Shown here in pieces: positions 51,035 through 64,000 of a DNA stretch of 64,000 bases. The DNA is from Eledone cirrhosa. Lineage: Eukaryota. The position numbers and the translations under genes were made by a program. The notes beneath the pieces were generated by a model. That model was not told the DNA's origin. It saw only the letters and a program-made list of their open reading frames with translations, and made no database searches. The stretch spans positions 146,878,001 through 146,942,000 of the forward strand of contig OZ024742.1 in the NCBI GenBank assembly GCA_964016885.1, given 5' to 3'. The stretch's first letter is position 1. Each line of letters opens with the position of its first letter.

Positions 51035-51580
51035 ATTTAATGTCTGTTTTTCCATGCTTGCAGGTCGTCCACATTATGAGGTAAGTCTGACCAGTTCGTC
51101 GCACCTTACCTTGTTCAAACAGAACTGTATTTTGGCTGTTTTTTCACAGCCGTATGTCCTTTGTAACACCAACGACATTTACAGTGTGCAAATTGGGTGG
51201 TCCTGTTATAAGGGTGATCTGGCTAGTTGACCACGTGATACCTTGCTCATAGTGAAACTGTATTTTGGAAGCTGGGTGGTCCCATTATGAGGGAAATCTA
51301 GCCATTTGGCTGTGCCATACTTTGCTCATAGAGAGACCATGTTTTGGTTGGGTTTGTGTGGTTGCTGGATGCCCTTCCTAACACCAACAACATTTACAGT
51401 GTGAGACTGAGTGGTCCTGTTATGAGGCAAGTCTGACCACTTGCTCATAGCAGGACCAAATTTTGGCTGGGCTTTTACAGCTGCTAATACCAACCATGTT
51501 TACCGTGTGGAGCTGGGTATTACTGTCATGTTTTTTGCAGCTGCTGGATGCCCTTCCTAAGCACAAACCTCTTTCAGTGT
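51035..51580 (-). repeat. Tandemly reiterated degenerate RTE-tail units
   Basis: About four copies of attatgagg...ttgctcatag...ttttgg...acaccaac...tttacagtgtg. Confidence 0.6.
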
Positions 51581-51829
51581 GAACTGCACTGTGTTATCAG
51601 ATCGGGTCTTGTTGTACATTGTAGAGCTAGAGGTCTCGCTCCTGTGTCATCTCTACCGAGAGGTTCAGTTGTACCAGGACAGCCTTTATCATTCCATCCC
51701 ACATCTTCCGAGCCACTTTACAACTTCAAGTGTCCATCACCTTTTTATGATGTCGCCCTTCATGCACATCACATGCCCATACGATCACAGTATACAAAAA
51801 TGGCGTATACATACAAACTAGATTATAAT

Positions 51830-52174
51830 AATGGTTTCTCATATAGGCACAAGGCCAGAAATTATGGGGGGAGGGGAAAGTCGATTAAATCGACCCCCAG
51901 TGCATGACTGGTACTTTATTTTATTGATCCCATAAGGATGAAAGGCATAGTTAACCTCGGCGGGATTTGAACTCAGATTATAAAGGGCTGTAACTCTATG
52001 CTGCAAAGTATGGCATCCGACCCTTTACCGATACTGACAATCCACCACTCTTAAACTAGATTATAATAATTGTTTCTACTTTAGGCACAAGGCCAGCAAT
52101 TACCCAGTGCATTACTGGTACTTTATTTTATCGACCCCGTAAGGATGAAAGACAAAGTCAACCTCGGCAGGATT
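51830..52174 (-). mobile_element. Two SINE A copies
   Basis: aaactagattataataat duplicated around the first copy. Confidence 0.85.
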
Positions 52175-52472
52175 TATAATAATAACAATGAAAATGATTG
52201 TGTACAGTGCTCAAGTGCACTACAACTCATCAAAGATGTATACCAATTTTCTTCCTTTTAATAAACATCAAACACCCTCCCGACACCAAGTATTCTCTTC
52301 TTCCTGCCTCCATATGTACAGTGAAAGGTAGGTCTGGAGAGACTCTATAAATGTTAGAGTAGAGGTGAGTAGATCTGTGCTGTGTATAGGAGGTAAGATA
52401 GAGAGTTGTCTCAGTAGATTGTTCACAAACAGGTACAAATTCTTCATGGTGAGTAACAGTGTTGGTGTAGAG

Positions 52473-52804
52473 CAGAGGTTCTCAAACTTTTGGGGCCACC
52501 TCTCCACCTTTACGACCACGTAATACCCTCAGCACCCCACCCCCAACACTATTTCCAGAGAGACCTGCCTACAAGCAAATTGTAACTAATATATAATAAA
52601 TAAAATCGTTAATTTATATATAATAAATAATATTATATATGCTATGTATAAATAAATATATCTTTTTTATTTTACATAGTATGTATCGTTTGGTACTTAA
52701 TATGCTATTATTTCATCTCTACCGCCCCCATAGGCCCCAGCACCCCCTGAACCTTCTCAATGATCCCCCCAGGAGGGTGGTAGCACCCACTTTGAGAACC
52801 ACTG
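52473..52804. mobile_element. hAT (Charlie-like) MITE
   Basis: TIR cagaggttctcaaa/tttgagaaccactg; 8-bp TSD gtgtagag at 52465-52472 and 52805-52812. Confidence 0.9.
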
Positions 52805-53149
52805 GTGTAGAGCATTAGCTGTGAGTTTGTAGAGGACAAACTGCTGACAATGTTCATTTACTACAAACCTGGTATTGAACTGCGCAGCAGTAAATATTCT
52901 CAGCTTTCATGGCAATATGGCAGTACTTCAGAGGTTGACTTTTCTTTCTTATATTTGTCAATGTTCATTACTCATTAAATAATAATCCAATAAATTACAG
53001 TTTGTTGTCAATGTTAGTTTAACTAAAGCTATACGGGTATAAAAATACGAAGTCTATAGGTAAAGTAACTAAGTTAGTTACAGTATATGATAGAAAAATG
53101 TTATTTTCACTTGACATACACAACATAATAGCAACAGTAATATCTACAA

Positions 53150-53530
53150 ATGTATTCAATCAAGGGATCGTTTCTATGAGGTATTTTTACAGTATACCTT
53201 GATAATGAATGACACTGACTTCATATTTATAGCTGCTGATTTTAATAGACATAATGGCTATTCCAATGTACATAGAGGTTATCGATATAGCACAAAGAAT
53301 GAGGTGGAATCAAAGCTCTTGGAGTTCTGTTACGCAAATGACCTAACCGTTTGTAACATTAACTCCTGGAAACTTGCCAACTATTTGATCCCCTACCTAT
53401 CTGTCTACCAAATAAACTTCATATTCATCAGGGAAGTGGATAGACAACTGGTTATAAATAGTAAGTCCAACCCCAGTGAAGAATGCACCATGAAACATAG
53501 ATTAGTATTTAATGACTTCAAATTAGTGTT
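53150..53530 (+). mobile_element. Degenerate RTE AP-endonuclease fragment
   Basis: IAADFN.H...KLLEFCYANDL.VCN...EECTMKHRLV. Confidence 0.7.
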
Positions 53531-53931
53531 TAATGACTTCAAATGATCCTAGAGAGACAAGACAATAACATTGAAATGATCCTAGAGAGACAAGACAATT
53601 TAGAGAAAGGAAGTATGGTGGAAGCTGTAAGATCTCTGAAACCCAGAGCCGCATCTGTAGGTACAAAGAAGTACTGGATGAAGTGTATGACAAGAAGTGG
53701 GAGGAATATATATGGAAGCTGCAAGATCTCTTGAGCCCAGGGTCTAGCTATAGGTTCAGTGAAGTATTAGTTGAGGTGTGTGGGAAAGGGAAAGAGATAT
53801 AGATATAGATATAGAGGTATATAAACATATGTTTTACATATAATATATTTTATTGAGGGTAGTATGTGTGGGACTGTATATTTACATTTATGTATGTGCA
53901 GTTTTGTATGTATTCATGTGTATATACATAC

Positions 53932-54011
<80 letters not shown>

Positions 54012-54860
54012 GATGGAATTGTTTATGTTTTACATATACATATATTCATCACACACCCACTCACACAAACACACACATTATATATGTGTGTGTGTCTGCA
54101 TATATATATATATCATCATCATCATCATTTCATTTTACGTCCGCATTTTCCCTGCATAGGTGGGATTGTTTATTTGTATAGGTACCATGTGCATGTGTGT
54201 TTGCGTATGTGTGTGTGTATATACATACATATATGTAACCTACGCTAGCATGGTAAGCAGTTGTAAAATGATGATGATATATATATATAGAGAGAGAGAG
54301 GGGGGGGTACAAACAAAGAGACTGTAGGAATAAAAACATATTATTTTATTCTGTTCAAAGCTATAAAAATCTAGAATATTTAGTTGACAATATATTATAC
54401 TGTATTGTAATGTTATTGACACAGCTTTTATTAAAACATTTCCTGCTTTGTATGTTGGTGGGAGGAAAAGAAATTTATTGAGGAATTTCAAAGAAAATAA
54501 TATACCCTTTCATATGTCTTTATATGGAAGAACAATCTTAGAAGCAATTAACCCGTCTAAAATATATTAGTATGTAGGTGTTTATTGTCAGTCATTAATA
54601 AGTACGTCCTACTACCACTGACACACCTATACCATAGTGATTTTTCTTTTACGCTTTTATTAGTTGCAGTCATTAGACTACAGACTTAAAGCACTGCCTT
54701 AAATAGAATTTACTTTATCATATCAACTCCATTACTTATTTCTTTCAAGTCTAGTACTTATTCTAGAGATCTCTGTTTTGTCATACCATTAAGTTACAAG
54801 ACAGAAGCACAGACAAAAATACAAATACAAACACACAAACACACAGACACACACACACAC

Positions 54861-54921
<61 letters not shown>

Positions 54922-55102
54922 AATAGGAGACGATGTAAGTCGAATAGAGGGGACATGGCTTCAGCTGATTCCTCGCTCACTCTATGGAAAATTAAGTTCA
55001 TATTATTAAAATTCGAACCCAGCTGGCCAGAGTGCAAACTTTTGTTAAACAGTGAGGGAAACGACTTTGTGTGGGTAAGATGATATATATATATATAGAT
55101 AG

Positions 55103-55155
<53 letters not shown>

Positions 55156-55259
55156 ATGAAGTGCTAACATCAAAACAAGTTTCCTATCATTTGAAGACTA
55201 AGATCTTTGATACTTACATCCTACCAGTTGTGTCTTGACTGTGTTAATTGGACAACAAG

Positions 55260-55690
55260 GTCACTTCAGAAGCTCTCTACATTCCAAAACCACACCATGA
55301 GACTTATGACTGGCAAGCGACTCAGCGATCGTATCTGTATCAGTGAGCTGCTCAACGTTACCAAACTTAGACCAATTACATCAATTGTCAAATCAAGAGT
55401 ACTCAAACTATACGGACATATAAAAAGATCAACTCGTGGTGTGAGTAGGTTATGCCTGGAAGGAAGGTTGGCTGGTAAGAGAAGTAGAGGCCGGCAGACA
55501 AAATGATGGCTTGACAATGTCAACTTATGGACTGGACTTGATTGCTCTTTGAACTCTTCTGCTGGTGATCGACCACTTTGTGGTGAGAGATATCTCATGT
55601 TGATGCGTAGTCTGCAACTGGCAGAGTTTAGTGTCACAAGAATATGTATCATCATGATTGTCGTACCGGATGTTAAAACGATGATGATGA
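55260..55690 (+). mobile_element. RTE-clade 3' fragment (distinct family)
   Basis: KLYGHIKR...LEGRLAGKRSRGRQ. Confidence 0.7.
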
Positions 55691-56054
55691 TGACATATTT
55701 ATATATACTATATATAATTTATAGATAAATAAATAGACAGTTGTTAAAAAGAGCCATTAAGCTAAGACCATATCGAATAGGAATCAAAAAGCGGGGGATG
55801 CACAAGTGTCCAAGTTAAAGAAAATGGAAAGAACAACAGAAAAACGGGGCTACAGTTCAAACTACTTATTTATATTTTCTCTTTCTTGGCTAAGCTATTG
55901 TGCCCTATGTTTGTATCACTTCCTACATCTCCATCACATACACCCATGCCACCTACATCCTGCCCCACCATCACTACCTGCACTCCGATACCACAACCTA
56001 CACTCCTACATATATGATTCTACAAACTAGTTTGACTTCCTCAGTGCAACCTAA

Positions 56055-56370
56055 GAGGTGGATGGCTTTGTGGTTAGGGTTTTTGGCTCAGTCTTAAAAT
56101 CATGTGATTAATTTTCTAAGCAAGTTGCATATTGTGTCCTTGAGCAAGACATTTTACTTTATGTTGCTCCATTCCACTCAGCTGGAAAAAACGTGCGTTG
56201 TACCGGTAATAAAAAAGGCCAGCTTTGTCACATACCATGTCATGCTGAATCTCCTTGAGAATTATGTTAAGTGAACTTGTGGCTTTGGAATGCTCAGCCA
56301 CTTGCATGTTAAATTCATTTGCAGGCTTTTCCTGGAATACTTATTGTCATATGATGGAGCTCCAACACAT
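56055..56370 (+). mobile_element. SINE family B, old copy
   Basis: gtgtccttgagcaagacattttactt... homologous to 7050-7263. Confidence 0.65.
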
Positions 56371-57138
56371 ATTTGCACCTGCCGCTAGCGGTCCCATCTA
56401 TCCCAAAGATAATGTATAACTGAATGTGTTCCTCTGTAAGAAGTGTGATGTGATATGGAGCCCAAGTTTGTTGACCTCTTCACGGTTGAGCCTCCTTGAA
56501 ACTGATCACCGATCTCTGATCTTAATCAGGCTGTTGTCATTTACCTGAGAGCAACTCATATGTAAGAAGTGTGATATTATATAGTAGTGAGAATTGAGCA
56601 ATGACTGCAGAGGATATGTGAAGGTTAGAAAGAAATTAAGCAAGCATATTAGTAATGTGTAATGTTAGTGTGTGTGAATGACAAAGCAGAGATAAATTGA
56701 AAGATGACATGAGAAGAATCAGGTGTTGTGTGTTAGAGAGAAGATTGCACTGGTTTGCACATATGGTGTGTATGGATGATGGTTGTTGCCAGTCAAACAA
56801 TGAAAAGCTCACCAGTCAATACACGGTATATGAGTTAACAAGATAGACACATTGTGCTAATGAGGAAGTGTTGGTAAAGACAACCTCAACAACAACAACA
56901 ACAACACTACCATCACAAAAGACAGTAAGAAAGCAAGCAGTTTATTTTAGTCATCTTAACAAAAACCACAACATTATAATCACGAGAGACAGTGAGAGCA
57001 AGTAATCCATACAAGCAGTCCATACCAATTGATACCAGCAAGGTAGGCCATTAATAAGAGCCAGTCTCCATCAGTTACATATTGACATATTGAGGAACAA
57101 AGCATTAGACCTACCATTACTATTATATATTACTACAT

Positions 57139-57178
<40 letters not shown>

Positions 57179-57558
57179 GACAGTAGAACAAAGCATTTAA
57201 ACACACCTATTCTACTATACATTTATCTACTTGGGATTTGTGGATGTTTTCAACTTAAAACCAATATAGAGACATTCATACTGTCATTACTAATATTTAT
57301 AGATGATTGGATGATGAAACTGGGCCATTGAAATATGTATAGTGTTTTCACGGAATTAATACTCTAAAGAAAGTTTCCAGTCCAGCCTTCTGTTGTTTAT
57401 ACTGAATATTTAACTCCGTTCCTGCACCAGTCACAGGATACCACATCTACGATGGATGATTTGCATAACACTGAGTGGTTTTATTTATTGCATCATTATT
57501 TACTAACTGGAATCACCAGTTCTACCTATTGGTAAACAACCTAACATAAATAAATAAA

Positions 57559-57599
<41 letters not shown>

Positions 57600-57767
57600 T
57601 TATTTATATATATATATATTCCAGACCTATGCTAGCGTGGAAAATGGACGTTAAACGATGATGATGATATATATAGATAGATAGATAGATTTTAATACAT
57701 GATATTGGTAATATACTAAAATAACTGCCAGTAATACAAAATCACATTCATATATATATATATATAT

Positions 57768-57892
57768 CATCATCATCATTTTACGTCTGCTTTTCCCTGC
57801 TTGCAAAGGTGGGACGGGAACTGATTCTGGCTTGATTTCTACAGCTGGATGCCCTTCCTAATACCAACCTCATTTACAGTGAGTGCTGGGTG

Positions 57893-57947
<55 letters not shown>

Positions 57948-58193
57948 ATTTCACATTGCTCCAGTTTACTCAGCTGTAGAAATGAGATGATAGGGACTGG
58001 GGTCCCTATCATTCCACTGCAAAGTGGACATGTAGGCGCCATGGAAAAAAAGCACCCAGCACTCACTGTAAATGAGGTTGGTGTTAGGAAGGGCATCCAG
58101 CTGTAGAAATCAAGCCAGAATCAGTTCCCGTCCCACCCTTACGTCCACTTTTCCTTGCAAGCAGGGAAAAGTGGACGTAAAATGAAATGATGA

Positions 58194-58195
<2 letters not shown>
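57768..58195. mobile_element. Inverted pair of RTE tails around a (TA)n tract
   Basis: 57768-57895(-) and 58010-58195(+) share the junction aatcagttcccgtcccacc. Confidence 0.75.
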
Positions 58196-58229
<34 letters not shown>

Positions 58230-58241
58230 ATATATATATAT

Positions 58242-58701
58242 AGGTGCAGAGCACTAGAAGTCGATGGAAACCGCGGAGTGGGGAGACCCAAGATGACCTG
58301 GGATGAGGTGATAAAAGCCGACCTTACCCAATTACACCTCTCAAAGGCGATGACACACGACCGTGACCTCTGGCATCACGCAGTAATACAGAGTACCCGA
58401 CCTCCCATGGGTACAAGCTGAAGCATATAGACAATATGCCCTCACACCCTCCCACTGCAAGGTGGCCATGGAGGTGCCACGGCAAAAAAGCACCCAGCCC
58501 ACACTGTAAAGTGGACGTGTAGGCGCCACGAAAAAGCACCCACCACTTACTGTAAATGAGGTTGGTTGTAGAAATCAAGCCAGATCAGTTCCTGTATGAG
58601 CAAGGCATGGTCAGCCGACCAGACACTGCCCACAACAGGACAACCCGTCTAACCCATGCTAGCGTGGAAGAACGGACGTAAAACGGTGATGATGATGATG
58701 A
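58242..58701 (+). mobile_element. RTE subfamily 1 3' end
   Basis: Reverse complement of 7871-8340; (TA)n flanks. Confidence 0.9.
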
Positions 58702-59317
58702 TATATATATATATATATATATATAAAGAGGAAGAGATACATACATCCATTCATCCATCCATACATACATACATACATACTGTCATTGTTAATCTACATA
58801 CAATAGTATAGTTCATACACCTGACATGACTGCTCTGAGTTTCTGGTATTGTTATAGTGGAGGTAGGGGTTAGTATGTGTGGATTTGTTGACAGTGTGCA
58901 TGGTGAGGTGCGCAAATGTACATAAGTGTATCAGTGTGTGTGGGTGTATGTGTGTGTGTTGGGAGTGATCACAAACCACACAGCACTCTGTACTGGACCC
59001 AATAACCTTTGCTATATTAACTGTTGACTGGTTCATCTTATTTAATCTCAATATTGTACAAAAAAATGTCAACATACAATAGGGGTGGGGTAGACTTTAC
59101 AAATATTTTATGTGATCACATATATGTGTGTGTGTGTGCGTGCCTGTGTATACAAATGTCATCATCATTATCATTATCGATTTTAAATGGGGTTTTTTTC
59201 TATGCTTTGTGGGTTAGCCAATAATAATACATATATCATCATCATCATCATCATCAGGTTTAGCGTCCGTGTTCCACGCTTGCATGGGTTTGGACGGATA
59301 TATATATGTATATGCAC

Positions 59318-59352
<35 letters not shown>

Positions 59353-59355
59353 TAT

Positions 59356-59356
<1 letters not shown>

Positions 59357-59393
<37 letters not shown>

Positions 59394-60846
59394 TTAACGT
59401 CCATCTTCCATGCTTGCATGGGTTTGGACGGGAGTTTTCCCACTTGAAGCAAGAGTGGTTGTCTTGCTCGTATAGGACTGGCTGGCGGGTTTTTTACGGC
59501 TGGATGCCCTTCCTAACACCAACCACGTTTACAGTGTCGACTGGGAGGTTTCTAGCGTGTTACCTACATGGCCACATTACAGCGTGGACTGTGTTGTTTC
59601 GGACTGGATGTTGTGATACCAACATAACTTCACATTGAAGGGGGTGGTATGGATGGGGTGGGGGTAGTGGAACAGGGGTGTATTTTTGTTAGAGGTGCCT
59701 ACTGACTGTAGGTTTCGCTTTGTACTTAGGCAAGGCGGGTCTTCTGTATTATTGTGTAGTGCCAAAGATCTGGGTCCAGTGACATTGTCTTGGAGAGGTG
59801 TAAGTGTGTGAGGTTGGAATTTATCAAGTCGTCCCAGGTTTTTCTGGGTCTGCCTACTCCGTGGCTACCGTCTATTTTTATCGCCCTGCAATCTTTTATA
59901 CAGCTGTCATCTTTCATGCGCATCACGTGACCATACCAACGTAGCCTTCTCTCTAGTAAACAACATCTGATCCCTCTTATTCCTAATTTCTCCCTTAATT
60001 TGTTTATGCTTTGCCGTTCACGTATATTACTATTACACATCCAGCGGAGCATGCAAGCTTCGTTCCTCTCTAGTCTGCGTATATCCTCTGCACACAATGC
60101 CCAGATCTCACTGCCATGTAACATTGCTGTTCGTATGCAGGCATCATACAGCCTGCCTTTCATTTGTAGAGAGAACCCTTTAGCGGCCAATAGTGGTATA
60201 AGCTCTCTGAACTTTTTCCATCCCGTTCTAACTCTAGCTACTGTACTTTCAGAGCACCCTCCCCCACTGCTGATTTTGTCATCCAGGTAACGGAAGCTGT
60301 CCACTATTTCTATAGAACCCTCTGCGCAGTTGAAAGAGCTAGTATTTTTGGGGCACTTGCTGCTACTTATTGCACCAGAGCACCGGCCACATGTAAAATC
60401 TGTGTTCTTAGTTAGCTTACCTGTGATCCCACTACATCTTTTATGCACCCATACTTTGCATTTGGGACATAAAATGGAGTTTCTACCTACACCTTTCCTA
60501 CACACTGAGCATGGCCATTTCCCGGAAGGGACCGGCGCCTTATTTTCTTTCCTACAAACTAGAACTTTAGTCTTAGCCAGGTTAATTTTAAGGCCTTTTG
60601 ATTCTAGGCCATGCTTCCATGTTTGGAATTTCTTCTCTAGCTCGGCCATTGATTCAGCTATGAGTGTTAGATCATCTGCATATAGGAGTTCCCATGGGCA
60701 GCCGGTCTTGAACTCCTCTGTTATAGCCTGAAGAGCAATAATAAATAGTAGGGAGCTAAGAACGGAGCCCTGATGAACACCAACTTTTACGCTAAACTCT
60801 TCACTATATTCGTTGTTAATTCTAACCTTGCTGACTGTTTCTTTAT
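59357..60846 (-). mobile_element. 5'-truncated RTE LINE (subfamily 2-like)
   Basis: 3' UTR, (GAT)n tail and uninterrupted ORF. Confidence 0.95.
59726..60846 (-). CDS. Open RT C-terminal half with internal PHD-type finger (truncated retroelement ORF; the ORF-track N-terminus is read-through into a MITE)
   Basis: GVHQGSVLS, YADD, C4HC3 motif, [10 protein letters not shown]; no internal stops. Confidence 0.8.
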
Positions 60847-60859
60847 ATATATATATATA

Positions 60860-61133
60860 TAGGGTCAGCGTCACACTATTTGGCACCCTAGGCAAGGTTA
60901 GATTCTGGCAAACACACCTGCTTTTCAGGTTTATAAACAATAGATTAAAAAAAAATTTTTTTCCATATTTATTTTTCCCTGTATGAAATAAACCAGGATA
61001 AAAAAAAAGGACCCTCAATAAAACTGAAATTTATTTATTTATTTTTCAAAATTGTTGATTTGGACAAATGTGCCCCCAGAAATTAGCGCCCTAGACAGCT
61101 CCCTAGTTTGCCTATATGGTAGCACCGGCCCTG
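60860..61133. mobile_element. Probable hAT-type MITE in a (TA)n tract
   Basis: Imperfect TIR tagggtcagcg / caccggccctg; subterminal gcaccctaggca and gcgccctag. Confidence 0.6.
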
Positions 61134-61458
61134 TATATATATTTATGTGTGTGTGTTTGTCAGGTCACTCATGAATGCTACTGGTAACATGTAGCCCAGT
61201 ACAACCTGTCACATGGTCGGGTCATCAGTGACTAAACCAGCAACCACACTAAACTTGCCTTGCTTGGTGAGGAGGGTGATTTTTGGATACCCTGTAGGGA
61301 TGAAAAACAAAACTCATCAAAGGGCAGAGGAACACTTGAGTGTCAATGACCATCCAATATCTGAGGTGTGTTGTTCAAGGGGTTCATGGCAATTTTCTGC
61401 ATCAATCCTTTGTAATCAACATTTCCAAAAAGTGTGGCTGATCCAACACAAGGCTTCA

Positions 61459-61676
61459 CCTTTTAGCATTTAAACCGGCCATATCCATCCAGAATTCTCT
61501 CACCTCTTTCTGTTCAAACCAGCTGTAACCAGTTGCTCATACTGATGTTAAGGTATTGTTCTCAAAATAAATAATGTCAAAATCTCATAGATTCGATATT
61601 ATGTGAGATTATTATGTGAGGTAAAGCTTTTACCATGAAACAATAGTAAATATAGAGTCATGTAAATGCTAAAGGG
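61459..61676 (-). mobile_element. piggyBac MITE copy
   Basis: Reverse complement of 22071-22290; TTCA/TTAA flanks. Confidence 0.85.
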
Positions 61677-62807
61677 TTAAACATTCCATATGTGTGGGTA
61701 GCTCTACCAGTTTTATTTGATACCCAACATAAACACAATACCCACTGGTGAGAGAACAAAGGTGATGGGGACGAGTATAGGGTATTACAGGAAGCCCTTA
61801 GCTAGAATTCTACACAGTGGCGACCATCAAGTAATAGTCGTTCATGCACAGATATGAGCAATTTGGGCTGTTCGGGTCCTCTGATAGTGACAGAACAGGT
61901 CTCTTTAGACACTAGGATTTTTTTCAACATGCTGACATGTATGTGTATATGTGTGTGCATGCGTGTATGCGCATATGCATACATTTATATGTATGAGTAT
62001 ATAAATATAAACGTGCAAACACAGACACATACAAAAATACACACACAGATATACATTCACACAAATGCACATAGATTCACGTAAACACACACACACACAT
62101 ACACTAACACACAACATAGCAAATGAAACGCTAATGTTTTGCTATAGTTTTTCTACCATCCCCTTCCTTCCTTCCTTTTACACACACATACATTCACACA
62201 AACACACACACACACACACACATTGTGTGACAGACAGAAGTCACTCGAATTTATATATAGATAGCACTGCTTTCTCTACACAGCGAGGGCTCAGTAAAAG
62301 GAGCCCTAAACAAATCCTTGCTCAATCTTTTAGCATGGCAGTAATGGTTGCATAGCAAGCTCCTTTCCTACACAGCCATGCCAACACCTAGAATCTACTT
62401 TTACACATCCCTTCATAAATTACTGAGTCCTTCAAGTATTTTCTCTCAACTTCCTCATCTTATAAATTCCTTAAATATTCTCCCTACTCTCACCTACAAT
62501 CTGCCGCCCTGACTTTACAGAATTTATATATAACTGTGTATCCTACCTTTTAACACCTTTATAGATTTCATCTTACACATGTATGTGTGTATGTATGCAT
62601 GTGTGTATGAATGTAAGTACAAATGTATGCATGATTGTATATGTGTGTGTATGGTGTGTGAGAAATGTATGTATGTATCTATGTATGCATGTTTGTATGT
62701 GTGTGTATATATATGTGTGTATGTTTATATGTGTGTATATATGTATGTTTAATGTTTGAATGTATAATCACTTTCTCTTAATTTTGAGTTTATTTTTGAC
62801 TGGCCAC

Positions 62808-63090
62808 CTTTCCACTGTCATTGTTGTAATGTATGTATGTATGTATGTATCTGTGTATGTATGTATCTAAATATGTATGTGTGTGTGTGTGTGTCTGTCT
62901 GTGTCTATAAATAAATAAATTTATGTGTGTATATATGTATATACGTTTTTTTTTCCAGTGTCATTGTTGTAATGTATGTATGTATCTGTGTATGTATGTA
63001 TCTAAATATGTATGTGTGTGTGTGTGTGTGTGTGTCTGTCTGTGTCTATAAATAAATAAATATATGTATGTATATATGTATATATCTTTT
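62808..63090. repeat. ~140-bp tandem duplication of microsatellite-rich sequence
   Basis: tttcca(c/g)tgtcattgttgtaatgtatg...ctataaataaataaa present twice. Confidence 0.8.
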
Positions 63091-63354
63091 TGTGTATATC
63101 ATCATCATCATCATCATCATTGTTTTTACATTCGTTTTTCCATGCTTGCATTGTATGTGTATACATATGTGTGTGAACATATTTGTATCTGTGCATATAT
63201 GTGATATTACTGATTTCATTTCACACACTAAAGTATTGCTTTTTCATCCTATTTTACATTATTTTATTATATTTTATATATTTATTTTTTTATCTTTATT
63301 CTATTATCGTTATTTTTTTTTATTATCTTTATTTTTATTTATTTATTTATTTTT

Positions 63355-63520
63355 TTTTTTCTATTTTTATTTCTATTTTTATTTCTATTTTTATTTCTAT
63401 TTTTATTTCTATTTTTATTTCTATTTTTATTTCTATTTTTATTTCTATTTTTATTTCTATTTTTATTTCTATTTTTATTTCTATTTTTATTTCTATTTTT
63501 ATTTCTATTTTTATTTTCAT
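63355..63520. repeat. 12-bp repeat (ctatttttattt)n
   Basis: Direct reading. Confidence 0.95.
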
Positions 63521-64000
63521 TTTTTTATTTCTTAACTATATTTTTATTTTTCTCCTCTTTTCTCCTAACCCTACCACTTTCTGTTGCAAGACACCATTTC
63601 ATTCTTCTAATACATCATTACCATGATCTTTATTCCAGTGCTCTACATTTAAGATCCATCTCAAACTATTCTTCAATCTGCATTCCTTGTAAATATAAGT
63701 TAAAATATGTTTATGAAATAATCGCTTGCCTTTGGAGAAATGCCAACTATTGAAATTCTTACATTTTAATGAAAATTCTTTAGCAAAATGCATTTTGTGT
63801 CTAGCAGTGAGAGTATGTGCATGTATGTGTGTGCGTAGATGTGCATACATGCATATGTGTCTGTGTGTGTGTATATGGGTACATATATGTGTGTGCTTGT
63901 ATGTAACTAAGATCATCAATTGTCTTGATTTCAACACAAATACACCGAAATTAAACCAAAGTTAACCACAATGAAGTAAACGTAAACTATATACCCACAA

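Noticed and set aside
54925-55080. Possible exon: open frame ending at gGTAAGA
   Set aside because: No polypyrimidine acceptor, no recognisable protein, bounded by microsatellites

Overview
AT-rich, microsatellite-laden animal genomic DNA made almost entirely of repeats. The repeat families and composition suggest an octopod cephalopod (inference). No host exon could be supported. Contents: many 5'-truncated RTE-clade LINEs with (GAT)n tails and a PHD-type finger inside the RT; BovB-like RTE, CR1-like, Tx1/L1-like and R4/Dong-like remnants; two tRNA-derived SINE families; hAT and piggyBac MITEs; a decayed hATm-like transposase; several minisatellites; and one decayed Penelope-like element (PLE; RT plus C-terminal GIY-YIG). 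The most striking structure is about 10 head-to-head inverted-repeat (fold-back) elements from several sequence families, mostly sitting in or next to (TA)n tracts. Most carry outward-pointing type I hammerhead-ribozyme motifs, several with palindromic stem III, large stem II inserts or core variants. One arm has an unmirrored tail of about 55-120 nt. They share this architecture with the coding PLE and look like a population of PLE-derived ribozyme hairpin elements. Coordinates of degenerate repeats are approximate (read by eye).
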